Positions 37,214 to 50,059 are shown, counted from the whole stretch's first letter. The stretch: 61,850 nt of DNA, filler included, from Chiloscyllium plagiosum (GCF_004010195.1; 4 parts of one record of this genome joined end to end with filler, not necessarily neighbours in it); one strand, 5' to 3'. Made by a program: numbers and translations. Notes: a model not told the origin generated them from the letters alone.

Positions 37214-37455
37214 TTCCCCACCCTCCCCTTCACTGTTTGATCACACAGTATTGCCTTTTGATGTGAAGGGCAGTGCTTGTCACTGGCCACTCGGGTGTTT
37301 CCTTTCTTCCCAGTGGTGGAAATTTGAATAAAGATTTGTGCACATTGTGTTTCTCACTGTGTATCACACACAACATGAGTGCTGGGGGGAAAAAAAAGCA
37401 CTACCGCAGTTAAGCGGTAGCGTGGGGGTTTTAAAAAAAAAACAAAGAAAAAAAA

Positions 37456-37594
37456 TGTCTGCAAAAAAATGGTGTCAGACATTTTGACACACTGCAGGTT
37501 TGCTCTGTGAGAGCTAGTCCATTGTCAAGGACTTTCCACATGTATACAAAGGGTGACTTGGTGATGGGATGCCTGCCTTTGTGGAGTTATTTCA
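37456..37594 (+). mobile_element. 3' half of the Gypsy 5' LTR
   Basis: Ends TTATTTCA, immediately followed by G-TGGCAATGA (PBS-like) and a gag start at ~37677. Confidence 0.7.
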
Positions 37595-39801
37595 GTGGCA
37601 ATGAAAGTAAAGGGCATTCCTGAAGAAATTCGTTCATAATGATCATCTTTGAGTTAGGGTAAACATTTCTGGTATCATGCCATTATTTGGGAAGCTTAAC
37701 TTGTTCAACCTTGCCATCGAAGACTCAACCAGGATGTGGAAAGAGTGCTTTTTTTTTCAGGCAAATGACATTGAGGCAGATGAAAAGTAAGAGTAACTCT
37801 ACTGACAGGTTGGGGACCCACAGCTTTTTCAGTTATCAGGAGACTAACTTTCCCTGAAGCACTAGATACTAAAAACTTTCAAGAGTTAATGGGTTTATTT
37901 AAGGAATATTATGACCCAAGCCTCCTCTAATTCTGACGCGCTATTGTTTTTACTTGGCAAATTGAGAACCAAGGGAATCCATATTGGAATTTTTGACCAG
38001 GTTAAGACAACTGGCAGAGGCATGTGACTTGGTTTAAACCTTTAATGAGATGCTGAGAGACCACTTGGTATGTGGGATTAATGATGTAACCATGCAGAAG
38101 CACACACTAGCTGAAGCCCAACAGGACTTCAAACAAACATCACAACTGGCTTTGTCATTGGAAAATGTAGCAAGTGGAGCATATGAATTGAAGGGTATTC
38201 CGATGGAAGTGGACACTGTTACCAGTCCGACTGAGTTTGGGCAATACCACTTGAGTAGAGGCAACTGTACAGCCACATTCAGGATTTGTCCTGAGCAGAG
38301 GGAATCTAGGTTAACCAACAGCAAAACCCCAAAGCAAAGCCAAGCCTCAGCCAAACGGGTAAAAATTTCTTCAGGATCCTGGCTGGCAAGCCATTGTAGT
38401 TGCTGCTGGTGTGCAGACTCAAGACAGCAAAGCAGTCCTGCTAGACCGAAATCAAATAAGAGAACTCATAGGTTGGTATTCAGGAGAGTGCACACTCTGG
38501 AATGAAGAGCTGGCTTAGAACAGTTATATTGCTTAGCAACATCCAAATCAGAACCAATCAAAATAAACATCTGGTTAACTGGTCATCCAGTTCTAATGGA
38601 GGTTGATAGTTTTGCAGCCATTTCAGTAATCGCAGAACCTTTAACAAAATTTTCTCTGGACTCCAACCCTAAAGTTTACTCAAGATCTCAGTCCGACTGA
38701 GAACGTATACCGGGGAGCCTTGACAGATTAAGGGTATAACTTTGGTTCCAGCCTGTTATGAGAACTGTGGTTCAGTTACCACTGATTGCAGTGAAAGGCA
38801 CAGGTCCAAGCTTGATGGAGCAAAATTGGTTGAGAGAGGTTCACCTGGATTGGATCAACATTTTTTGATTAGAAAATGGTTGCCTGAGTGAACCTCGAAT
38901 TAAATACATGGAGATCTCGGGATTACCAAAGGAGCCAAGGCCAACTTGCATGTTGACCAGGAAGCAATTCCACAATTCTGTAAGGCCTACCCAGTGCCAT
39001 TTCCCTTATGAGCAAAAGTAGAGTTAGAACTCGGGAGGCTGGAAAACAAAGGAATCATCAAACCAGAAAGGGCAGCATGGGGCATACTGATTGTGAAGCC
39101 CGATAGGCTAGTTCGCCTTTGTGGGGATTTTAAGTAAATGGTAAACCACTTTTTGCAGCTGGATAAATACCCAATCCCTTGCACAGAGGATTGATACGTA
39201 AAGCTGTTATTTATGAAGCTGGACTTGAGCCATGCGTACTTGCAATCAGATGAGGATTCCCAGACGTATGCTACAATTAATGCCCATTCAGGATTTGTAC
39301 CAATATAGTAGACTGCCATTCCAGGTCTTGTCAGCCTGTGCAGTTTTCAGCGGATGATGGAGAACGTTTTACAAGGTCTACTCCAGGTCAATATTTATCG
39401 AAATAATGTGCTAATAACAGGGAAGACCAATAAGGAACACACGGAGACCTTGGATAAAGTCCTTAAGCATTTCTCCCAGGCAGGCTAGGCACTTTCAAAA
39501 GGAAAAATGTGTGGTTCAGGCACTCCAAATGATCTACTTTGGCAACAGAGTCAATAAGACTGGGTTACGAATGTTGGAAGGTAAGGTGTGTGCGATCACG
39601 TATGTACCAGAGCTTAGGTCTTCCCTTGGGCTAGTGAACTATTCCGGAAAATTCATACAGAACCTGGCCTCCATCCTGGCACTTAAAAAAGGGTCAGCCT
39701 TGGAAATAGTCGCTTAGCCAAGGCACAGCTTTCAGGGAAGTGAAGAAACAGTATCCTCCTCTACGGTGGTGGCACACTATGATCTAAGCAGGATCTGATA
39801 T

Positions 39802-40318
39802 TGTTGGATAAGGCTGAAGAAACTGATAAGAGGCTTAACAATGGGCTGATATGCAGGTCTGCTAACAGTTAAAGCTGCAGGAAATTAGTAACTGCTGGCT
39901 GTAGCAAATTAGGCATACATTTGGCCAAAACATTCAGAATTGGTCATGTGCAGGAATAATTCCAAACAAGGCACACATTTGGCACAGAGACTGGTGTATG
40001 AAAAGCCTGAAGAAATCCTTTTGTTCAGCATAACTTCAAAGATTAACGTTGCAAGAAGTACCCTACATCAAGAGGTGTGGTGAAGACATCGAGCAAAGTT
40101 TTAGCCTGGCTAGCTGCGAACTCTGCTGGGTAATAATGTTTGAGTTTAGTTACAGAAATCAGGATTGTGAAAGACAGTGATTGAGATATCTCTAATAGGT
40201 AAATGTGTGTTATTTGCTTAAGTATTTAATAAACTAATTGTGGTTTTATAAAGCTCTAAAGTGTCTCCACTGTGTCTTCATTTATATGTGTACTGCTAAC
40301 TCTCAGAGACGAGCGACA
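39802..40318 (+). mobile_element. Probable solo LTR inserted in the Gypsy RNase H region
   Basis: TGTTG...CGACA termini, AATAAA at ~40228; host DLIL/CD.SP.GI motif resumes after it; TSD imperfect. Confidence 0.6.
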
Positions 40319-40764
40319 GAGTTGATTTGTGATTGCTCCCCCTGTGGCATCAGGATAGTATGAGCTCCTGCTTGGCCCAATGGAAAGCAATGCCCAATGG
40401 CATAAGCATCTTGGACTTTGGTTAATACAGAGCTTAAAAACACCCAGATAGAGAAGGAAGGTTTGACACACATATTTGGAGTCAGGAAGTTCCAACAAAA
40501 GCTTTATGGATGTAAATTTGTAATAATAATGGACCACAAACCCCTGCTAGGTCGACTTCAAGAGGACAATGCAGTGTTGCCCATAGCTTCAGGCCTAATT
40601 CAGCAGTGGGCTGTAATACTAAGAGTGTATAATTGCAAGTTGGAACACCATTTGGGAAGCCAAGTGGCAAATACGGATGAGTCGAGCCACCTCCCACTGG
40701 CAGTGATATTGCCACTGGAAGAGTCCATAATGGTTTTAAATTTTCTGGACACACTTTCAGTAAC

Positions 40765-41310
40765 AGAATCGTAGAGTCACACAGCATGGAAACAGACTCT
40801 TCGATCCAATTACTCCACACCAACCATACTCTCAAACTAAACTAGTCCAACCTGCCTGTGTTTGGTCCATATCCCTCCATATCTTTCCTATTCATGTACT
40901 TATCCAAATGTCTTATAAACATTATAACTCTACCTGCATCCATCACTTTCTCTAGCAGTTCATTCCACACATTAACCACGTGCTATGTAAAAAAGTTGTC
41001 CCTTGTGTCCTTTTTAAGTCTATCTCCTGTCACCTTAAAAGTATGCCATCTAGCTTTGCTATTCACTTTATCTATGCCCCTCGTGATTTTTTAAACCTCA
41101 ATAAGGTCCCCTTCAACTTCTTACACTCCAGTGAAAAAAAGTCCCAACCTATCCAGCCTATTTTTATAACTCAAATTCTCGATTCCTGGCAAACTCTTTT
41201 CTGAACCCTTTCCTTCCTATTACAGGGCGAGCAGAATTGCACACAGTATTCCAGAAGTGGCCTCACCAACATCCTACACAACTTCAATATGACATCCCAA
41301 CTCCTAGGAC
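40765..41310 (-). mobile_element. CR1 3' fragment inserted in Gypsy
   Basis: LVRPLLEYCVQF motif; 3' UTR as in other CR1 copies. Confidence 0.8.
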
Positions 41311-41552
41311 AATATGAGAGTTTGGAGGCAGAAAGATCCGGTCCTGACAAAACTGAACCAGCTGCTGGTGAGGAGGGAAACCACAGTGCCATCACACCCA
41401 GCATTGAAACCTTTTCTGACCCAGAGAAAGCAGATCACTGTCAAGGACAGCATATTACTAAGGGAGTAAGAGTGATTGTCTCCAGCAAAAGTTGCTGCCA
41501 GATACTGGCTGAGCTCCACCAGGGTCATTCAGGGGTTTCCAAAATGAAGATG

Positions 41553-41652
41553 NNNNNNNNNNNNNNNNNNNNNNNNNNNNNNNNNNNNNNNNNNNNTTAA
41601 TTAATTAANNNNNNNNNNNNNNNNNNNNNNNNNNNNNNNNNNNNNNNNNNNN
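41553..41652. other. Artificial scaffold linker N44-TTAATTAATTAA-N44
   Basis: Exactly 100 bp with a six-frame stop core. Confidence 0.95.
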
Positions 41653-44600
41653 CAGTGACAGTGCTCTGGGTTCAGTGATGGTGCTCTGAGTTCAGTGATG
41701 GTGCTCTGGGTTCAGTGATGGTGCTCTGAGTTCAGTGATGGTGCTCTGGGATCAGTGACGGTGCTCTGGGATCAGTGACAGTGCTCTGGGAGCAGTGAGG
41801 GTGCTCTGGGATTAGTGACTGTGCTCTGAGATCAATGATTGTGCTCTGGGATCAGTGACAGTGCTCTGGGAGCAGTGAGGGTGCTCTGGGATTAGTGACT
41901 GTGCTCTGAGATCAATGATTGTGCTCTGGGATCAGTGACAGTGCTCTGGGAGCAGTGAGGGTGCTCTGGGATCAATGATTGTGCTCTGGGTTCTGTGACA
42001 GTGCTCTGGGAGCAGTGATGGTGCTCTGGGATCAATGATTGTGCTCTGGGTTCTGTGACAGTGCTCTGGGAGCAGTGATGGTGCTCTGGGATCAATGATT
42101 GTGCTCTGGGTTCTGTGACAGTGCTCTGGGAGCAGTGATGGTGCTCTGGGATCAATGATTGTGCTCTGGGTTCTGTGACAGTGCTCTGGGAGCAGTGATG
42201 GTGCTCTGGGATCAATGATTGTGCTCTGGGTTCTGTGACAGTGCTCTGGGAGCAGTGATGGTGCTCTGGGATCAATGATTGTGCTCTGGGATCAGTGACA
42301 GTGCTCTGGGATTGGTGATTGTGTTCTGCGATCAGTGAGAGTGCTCTGGAATCAGTGATGGTGCTCTGTATTCAGTGACAGTGTACTGTAATTGATAATG
42401 GTGCTCTGAAATCAGTGATGTGATCTGGGAGCAGTGACAGTACTCTGAGATCAGTGATGGTGCTCTAAGATCAGTGACAGCGCTCTTGGATCAGTGACAG
42501 TGTTCTCGGATTAGTGATGGTTCTATGGGTTCAATGATGATGCTCTGGGATCAGTGACATCGCTCTGGGATCAGTGATGGTGTACTGGATTCAATGCCAG
42601 TGCTCTGTAGTCAGTGTTGATCTCTGGGAGTAGTGATTGTGCTCTGGGATCAGTGACAGTGCTCTGGGAGCAGTGAGGGTGCTCTGGGATCAATGATTGT
42701 GCTCTGGGTTCTGTGACAGTGCTCTGGGAGCAGTGATGGTGCTCTGGGATCAATGATTGTGCTCTGGGATCAGTGACAGTGCTATGGGAGCAGTGAGGGT
42801 GCTCTGGGATCAGTGACTGCTGTGGGAGCAGTGATGGTGCTCTAGGATCAGTGACAGTGCTGTGGGAGCAGTGATGGTGCTCTGGGATCAGTGACAGTGC
42901 TCTGGGAGTAGTGAGGGTGCTCTGGGAGCACTGAGGGTGCTCTGCGAGCAATGATGGTGCTTTGCATTCAATGACTGCTCTGGAATCAATGATGGTGCTC
43001 TGGGTTCAGTGACAGATGCAAGGGTTCAGTGATGGTGCTCTGGGAACAGTGATGGTGCTCTAGGTTCAGTGACAGTTCTATGGGATCAGTCTTGGTGTTT
43101 TGTGATCAGCGATGGTGCTCTGGGAGCAGTGATGGTGCTCTGGCATCAATGATGGTGCTCTAGGATTAGTGATGATACTCTGGGTTCAGTGACAGTGCTC
43201 TGGGATCAGTGATGGTGCTCTGGGATCAGTGNNNNNNNNNNNNNNNNNNNNNNNNNNNNNNNNNNNNNNNNNNNNNNNNNNNNNNNNNNNNNNNNNNNNN
43301 NNNNNNNNNNNNNNNNNNNNNNNNNNNNNNNNNNNNNNNNNNNNNNNNNNNNNNNNNNNNNNNNNNNNNNNNNNNNNNNNNNNNNNNNNNNNNNNNNNNN
43401 NNNNNNNNNNNNNNNNNNNNNNNNNNNNNNNNNNNNNNNNNNNNNNNNNNNNNNNNNNNNNNNNNNNNNNNNNNNNNNNNNTCAGTGACAGTGCTCTGGG
43501 TTCAGTGACAGTGCTCTGGGATCAATGATTTTGCTCTGGGATCAGTGACAGTGCTCTGGGAGCAGTGAGGGTGCTCTGGGATCAGTGACAGTGCTGTGGG
43601 AGCAGTGATGATGCTCTGGGATCAGTGACAGTGCTGTGGGAGCAGTGATGGTGCTCTGGTATCAGTGACTGCTCTGGGAGCAGTGAGGGTGCTCTGGGAG
43701 CAGTGAGGGTGCTCTGCGAGCAATGATGGTGCTTTGCATTCAATGACTGCTCTGGGATCAATGATGGTGCTCTGGGTTCAGTGACAGATGTAAGGGTTCA
43801 GTGATGGTGCTCTGGGAACAGTGATGGTGCTCTGGGTTCAGTGACAGTTCTATGGGATCAGTCTTGGTGCTTTGTGATCAGCGATGGTGCTCTGGGAGCA
43901 GTGATGGTGCTCTGGCATCAATGATGGTGCTCTAGGATTAGTGATGATAGTCTGGGTTCAGTGACAGTGCTCTGGGTTCAGTGATTGTGCTCTGTAATCA
44001 ATAATGGTGCTCTGGGATCAATGAAGGTGCTCTGGGTTCAGTGACAGTGCTCTGGGTTCAGTGATGGTGCTCTGGGATCAGTGACAGTGCTCTGGGATCA
44101 GTGACAGTGCTCTGGGTTCAGTGACAGTGCTCTGACTTCAGTGATGGTGCTCTGGGATCAGTGACAGTGCTCTGGGTTCTGTGACAGTGCTCTGGGTTCA
44201 GTGATGGTGCTCTGGGTTCAGTGATGGTGCTCTGGGATCAGTGACGGTGCTCTGGGATCAGTGACAGTGCTCTGGGATCAGTGATGGTGCTCTGGGATCA
44301 CTGACAGTGCTCTGGGTCAGTGATGGTGCTCTGGGATCAGTGATGGTGCTCTGGGTTCTGATGGTGCTCTGGGTACAGTGCTGGTGCTCGGGGATCAGTG
44401 ACGGTGCTCTGGGTTCAGTGATGGTGCTCTGGGTTCAGTGATGGTGCTCTGTTCAGTGATGGTGCTCTGGGTTCACTGATGGTGCTCTGGGATCAATGAT
44501 GGTGCTCTGGGATCAGTGACGGTGCTCTGGGTTCAGTGACAGTGCTCTGGGTTCAGTGATGGTGCTCTGGGTTTAGTGATGGTGCTCTGGGATCTGATGG

Positions 44601-47519
44601 TGCTCTGGGATCAATGATGGTGCTCTGGGATCAGTGACGGTGCTCTGAGTTCAGTGATGGTGCTCTGGGATCAGTGACAGTGCTCTGGGATTGGTGATTG
44701 TGTTCTGCGATCAGTGAGAGTGCTCTGGAATCAGTGATGGTGCTCTGTATTCAGTGACAGTGTACTGTAATTGATAATGGTGCTCTGAAATCAGTGATGT
44801 GATCTGGGAGCAGTGACAGTGCTCTGGGTTCAGTGATGGTGCTCTGAGTTCAGTGATGGTGCTCTGGGTTCAGTGATGGTGCTCTGAGTTCAGTGATGGT
44901 GCTCTGAGTTCAGTGCTGGTGCTCTGGGATCAGTGACGGTGCTCTGGGTTCAGTGATGGTGCTCTGGGTTCAGTGATGGTGCTCTGAGTTCAGTGATGGT
45001 GCTCTGGGATCAGTGATGGTGCTCTGGGTTCAGTGATGGTGCTCTGGGTTCAGTGATGGTGCTCTGGGTTCAGTGATGGTGCTCTGGGATCAGTGATGGT
45101 GCTCTGGGATCAGTGACAGTGCTCTGGGTTCAGTGATGGTGCTCTGGTTTCAGTGATGGTGCTCTGGGTTCAGTGATGGTGCTCTGGGATCAGTGACAGT
45201 GCTCTGGGTTCAGTGATGGTGCTCTGGGATCAATGATGGTGCTCTGGGATCAGTGATGGTGCTCTGGGATCAGTGACAGTGCTTTGGGATCAGTGATGGT
45301 GCTCTGGGATCAGTGATGGTGCTCTGGGATCAGTGACAGTGCTCTGGATTCAGTGACAGTGCTCTGTGTTCAGTGATGGTGCTCTGGGTTCAGTGATGGT
45401 GCTCTGGGATCAGTGATGGTGCTCTGGGATCAGTGACAGTGCTCTGGATTCAGTGACAGTGCTCTGTGTTCAGTGATGGTGTCTGGGTTCAATGATGGTG
45501 CTCTGGAATTAGTGACGGTGCTCTGGGTTCAATGATGGTGCTCTGGAATTAGTGACGGTGCTCTGGGTTCAATGATGGTGCTCTGGAATTAGTGACGGTG
45601 CTCTGGGTTCAATGATGGTGCTCTGGAATTAGTGACGGTGCTCTGGGTTCAATGATGGTGCTCTGGAATTAGTGACGGTGCTCTGGGTTCAATGATGGTG
45701 CTCTGGAATTAGTGACGGTGCTCTGGGTTCAATGATGGTGCTCTGGAATTAGTGACGGTGCTCTGGGTTCAATGATGGTGCTCTGGAATTAGTGACGGTG
45801 CTCTGGGTTCAATGATGGTGCTCTGGAATTAGTGACGGTGCTCTGGGTTCAATGATGGTGCTCTGGAATTAGTGACGGTGCTCTGGGTTCAATGATGGTG
45901 CTCTGGAATTAGTGACGGTGCTCTGGGTTCAATGATGGTGCTCTGGAATTAGTGACGGTGCTCTGGGTTCAATGATGGTGCTCTGGAATTAGTGACGGTG
46001 CTCTGGGTTCAATGATGGTGCTCTGGAATTAGTGACGGTGCTCTGGGTTCAATGATGGTGCTCTGGAATTAGTGACGGTGCTCTGGGTTCAATGATGGTG
46101 CTCTGGAATTAGTGACGGTGCTCTGGGTTCAATGATGGTGCTCTGGAATTAGTGACGGTGCTCTGGGTTCAATGATGGTGCTCTGGAATTAGTGACGGTG
46201 CTCTGGGTTCAATGATGGTGCTCTGGAATTAGTGACGGTGCTCTGGGTTCAATGATGGTGCTCTGGAATTAGTGACGGTGCTCTGGGTTCAATGATGGTG
46301 CTCTGGAATTAGTGACGGTGCTCTGGGTTCAATGATGGTGCTCTGGAATTAGTGACGGTGCTCTGGGTTCAATGATGGTGCTCTGGAATTAGTGACGGTG
46401 CTCTGGGTTCAATGATGGTGCTCTGGAATTAGTGACGGTGCTCTGGGTTCAATGATGGTGCTCTGGAATTAGTGACGGTGCTCTGGGTTCAATGATGGTG
46501 CTCTGGAATTAGTGACGGTGCTCTGGGTTCAATGATGGTGCTCTGGAATTAGTGACGGTGCTCTGGGTTCAATGATGGTGCTCTGGAATTAGTGACGGTG
46601 CTCTGGGTTCAATGATGGTGCTCTGGAATTAGTGACGGTGCTCTGGGTTCAATGATGGTGCTCTGGAATTAGTGACGGTGCTCTGGGTTCAATGATGGTG
46701 CTCTGGAATTAGTGACGGTGCTCTGGGTTCAATGATGGTGCTCTGGAATTAGTGACGGTGCTCTGGGTTCAATGATGGTGCTCTGGAATTAGTGACGGTG
46801 CTCTGGGTTCAATGATGGTGCTCTGGAATTAGTGACGGTGCTCTGGGTTCAATGATGGTGCTCTGGAATTAGTGACGGTGCTCTGGGTTCAATGATGGTG
46901 CTCTGGAATTAGTGACGGTGCTCTGGGTTCAATGATGGTGCTCTGGAATTAGTGACGGTGCTCTGGGTTCAATGATGGTGCTCTGGAATTAGTGACGGTG
47001 CTCTGGGTTCAATGATGGTGCTCTGGAATTAGTGACGGTGCTCTGGGTTCAATGATGGTGCTCTGGAATTAGTGACGGTGCTCTGGGTTCAATGATGGTG
47101 CTCTGGAATTAGTGACGGTGCTCTGGGTTCAATGATGGTGCTCTGGAATTAGTGACGGTGCTCTGGGTTCAATGATGGTGCTCTGGAATTAGTGACGGTG
47201 CTCTGGGTTCAATGATGGTGCTCTGGAATTAGTGACGGTGCTCTGGGTTCAATGATGGTGCTCTGGAATTAGTGACGGTGCTCTGGGTTCAATGATGGTG
47301 CTCTGGAATTAGTGACGGTGCTCTGGGTTCAATGATGGTGCTCTGGAATTAGTGACGGTGCTCTGGGTTCAATGATGGTGCTCTGGAATTAGTGACGGTG
47401 CTCTGGGTTCAATGATGGTGCTCTGGAATTAGTGACGGTGCTCTGGGTTCAATGATGGTGCTCTGAAATTAGTGACGGTGCTCTGGGTTCAATGACGGTG
47501 CTCTGGAATTAGTGATGGT
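41653..47519. repeat. 20-bp satellite (GTGCTCTGGG[A/T]TCAGTGA[TG/CA]) with 40- and 60-bp higher-order units
   Basis: About 5.9 kb tandem array; perfect 40-mer from ~45482 to 47460; degenerate continuation at 48845-49060. Confidence 0.97.
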
Positions 47520-47520
47520 A

Positions 47521-48845
47521 TATAAGAACCAGGAGCAGGTGTAGGCTATCTGGCTCTTCAAGCTCACTCCAGCATTCAATATGTTCATGCCTGATCTTTG
47601 TGTGGTCTCAGCTCCACTCACCCACCCTCTCGTCGTAACCTTTAATTCCTTTGCTGTTCAAAAAAGTATCTATCTTAGCTTTAGAAACACTCAATGACGA
47701 AGTCTCAACTACTTCACTGGCAGGGAATTCCACAGATTCACAACCCTCCGGGTAAAGACGTTCCTTCTCAATTCAGTCCTAAAACTGCTCCCCCTAATTT
47801 TGAGGCCATGCCCTCTTGTCCCAGTTTTACCTGCCAGTGGAAACATCCTCTCTATTTCTATCTTATCGATTCCCTTCATTATTTTATATGTTTCTATATG
47901 ACTCCCCCTCATTCTTCTAAATTCCAATGAATATAATCCCAGTCTACTCAGTGTCTCCTCGTAAGCCAAACCTCTCAACTCAGGAATCAACCTCGTGGAC
48001 CTCCTCTGTACCCGTCTGGTGTACATCCTTTCTCAAGTAAGGAGACCAAAACTGCATGCAATAATCCAGGTGTGGTGAGCACAGCACCCTATACAGCTCC
48101 ATGCTTTTAAACTCGATCGCTTTAGCAACGAAGGGACAAAATTCCATTTGATTTTTGTTTTCTTAATGACCTGTTGCACCTGCAGACCAACCTTGTATAA
48201 TTCATGCACAAGGACACCCAGGCCCCTCTGCACAGCAGCATGCTCTAATTTTTTACCATTCAAAGAATAGTCCTTTTTACTGTTATTCCTATCAAAATGG
48301 ATGACTTCACAGTTATTAACGTTGTATCCCATCTGCCAGACCTTTGCCCAATCAAAATATCTGTGTCCCTTTGCAAAGTTTCACAGACATCTGCACACTT
48401 CGCCCTACCACCCATCGCAGTGTCATCCGCAAACTTTGACACATTACAGATGGTCCCCAACTCCAAATCATCTGTGTAAATTGTGAATAATTGTGGTCCC
48501 CCAACACTAATCCCTGAGGCACACCACTAATCACTGATCACCAAGTAGAAACGCACTCATTTATTCCCACTCTTTGCTCCCTGTTAGTTAACCAGTCCTC
48601 TATCCATGCTAATACATTAACCTTAACACAATGCATCTTTATCTTATGCAGTAGCCTTTTGTGCGACACTTTGTCAAATGCCGTTTGGAAATCTAGATAT
48701 ATCACATCTATAGTGACCCTATTGTCCACAATGCTCATAATGTCCTCACAGATTTCCAGTAGATTAGTTAAGAATGACCTTCCTTTCATGAACACATGCT
48801 GCATCTGCAATGGGACAATTTCTATCCAGATGGCTTGCTATTTCT
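47521..48845 (-). mobile_element. CR1 LINE fragment inserted in the satellite edge
   Basis: GRSFLTNLLE, YLDFQTAFDKV, SGVPQG, SKFADDT, RRMRG motifs. Confidence 0.88.
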
Positions 48846-49077
48846 TCCTGGGTACTCTGGCTTCACTGATGATGCTCTAGCATCAGTCAGTGATGATGCT
48901 CTGGAATCAATGACAGTGCTTTCAATACAATGTTGCCTTTTAATTGTGGGTAGTGCTCTGGGGATCTCATAATGCTTTGGGATCAGCGATAGTACTCTGG
49001 GATTGCCGTAATTCTCTGGGATCAATGATTGGTGCTCTGGATTAGAGTAATGCTCTCAGTTTAGTTTTAGTGCAATC

Positions 49078-49210
49078 AGGTCTGAAGAAGGGTCCCTGGA
49101 CTCGAAACATTAACTTTCTTCCTCTCCACAGATGCTGCCAGACCTGCTGAATTTCTCCAATAATTTCTGTTTTTATCTCAGATTTCCAGCTTCTGCAGTT
49201 CCTTATTTTA
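49078..49210 (+). mobile_element. PLE terminal-repeat fragment with hammerhead-like core
   Basis: TCTGAAGAAGGGTCCCTGGACTCGAAACATT; similar to 17956-18090. Confidence 0.65.
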
Positions 49211-50059
49211 TTTCAATGGTAATGCCAGGCTCATTGTTGCTTCTGGTCTCTGTCAGTGTTTTCACCGATGACTCAGTTAGTTGTAAGTTCACACTCTGGG
49301 TTCGACTCTGTAATCTAATTTGACACTTTCCTTACTGCATAAGGTGGTAAAGAATTTCATGACACCACTAAAACACATTACCTAATCGTGTACCTCAGCA
49401 CTGGGACCTTTATCTGCACTTTTAGTACGATAGGAAATAAGCTTCAAAGTTCATAATTGGCTATCAAGTGCTTTAGAACATCATGAAAGTAACTATATAA
49501 ATGCAAATTATTTCTTTTTAATAGCTAATTCCGTGTACAGCACCTTAATGGATTTAGTGCCACCTGTTCTAAAGACCCTCCACTAGAAGGGAACTTGTAT
49601 TATCTTTATATATTTATCTTGGTGTTTCTGCTTATTTTGATCTGTCCATCTGTCTTATCACTCACTTTGCATCAGAGAACAGTTACGACACAGAAATAGG
49701 TCATTTAGGCCATGATGTTTGTGTCAGCTTTGTAAGGAATAATGCATCTAGTCCACCCCAGCCCTACCAGTTATGTAAAAATAGGTTTTCCTTACATTGC
49801 CATTAATTATTTTGTGATCAGCTTATACTGGCATCCTATGGTTCTTAGTCCTTTCTCAGCCAGTATTCCTATTTACTCTGTCAAGTCCCCCATGATTTTG
49901 AAAATCTCTGATAAATCTCATCTCATTATTGAAGTCCTGATCAGCCCTTGAACTATTCTCATGAATTTTTTCTGGGTTTATCTTCATATAAAATCATACA
50001 GTTTAGAAGGAGGCTATTTGGTTCAGACTGTTTGTAAAAACTATCTAAGTCGTCCCATG

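Larger units (their letters stand above)
28726..37455 (+). mobile_element. Tx1-clade non-LTR retrotransposon, copy 2 (near full length, decayed)
   Basis: 5' UTR monomers, CCHC ORF1, APE+RT ORF2, AATAAA at ~37327, terminal hairpin, A-rich tail. Confidence 0.9.
37595..41552 (+). mobile_element. Ty3/Gypsy LTR retrotransposon internal region (decayed gag-PR-RT-RH-IN), truncated at the linker
   Basis: MPLFGKL, LRDHLVCGI (gag); MEVDS.AAIS (PR); RLCGDFK, YPIP, LDLSHAY (RT); EKEGL..FGVRKF..DHKPL (RH); ILAELHQGHSGVSKMK (IN zinc-binding). Confidence 0.88.

Noticed and set aside
41653..47519. His-rich repetitive ORFs (PEHHHCSQSTVTEPRAQSLI), a possible CRISPR-like array, or RSS heptamer-like CAGTG motifs
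   Set aside because: Plain tandem satellite with no unique spacers, no cas genes and no nonamer; the ORFs arise only where variants remove stop codons.
49216..49288. Signal-peptide-like MVMPGSLLLLVSVSVFTD followed by a GTAAGT donor (possible leader exon)
   Set aside because: It abuts a PLE fragment and degenerate satellite, and no downstream partner exon was found.
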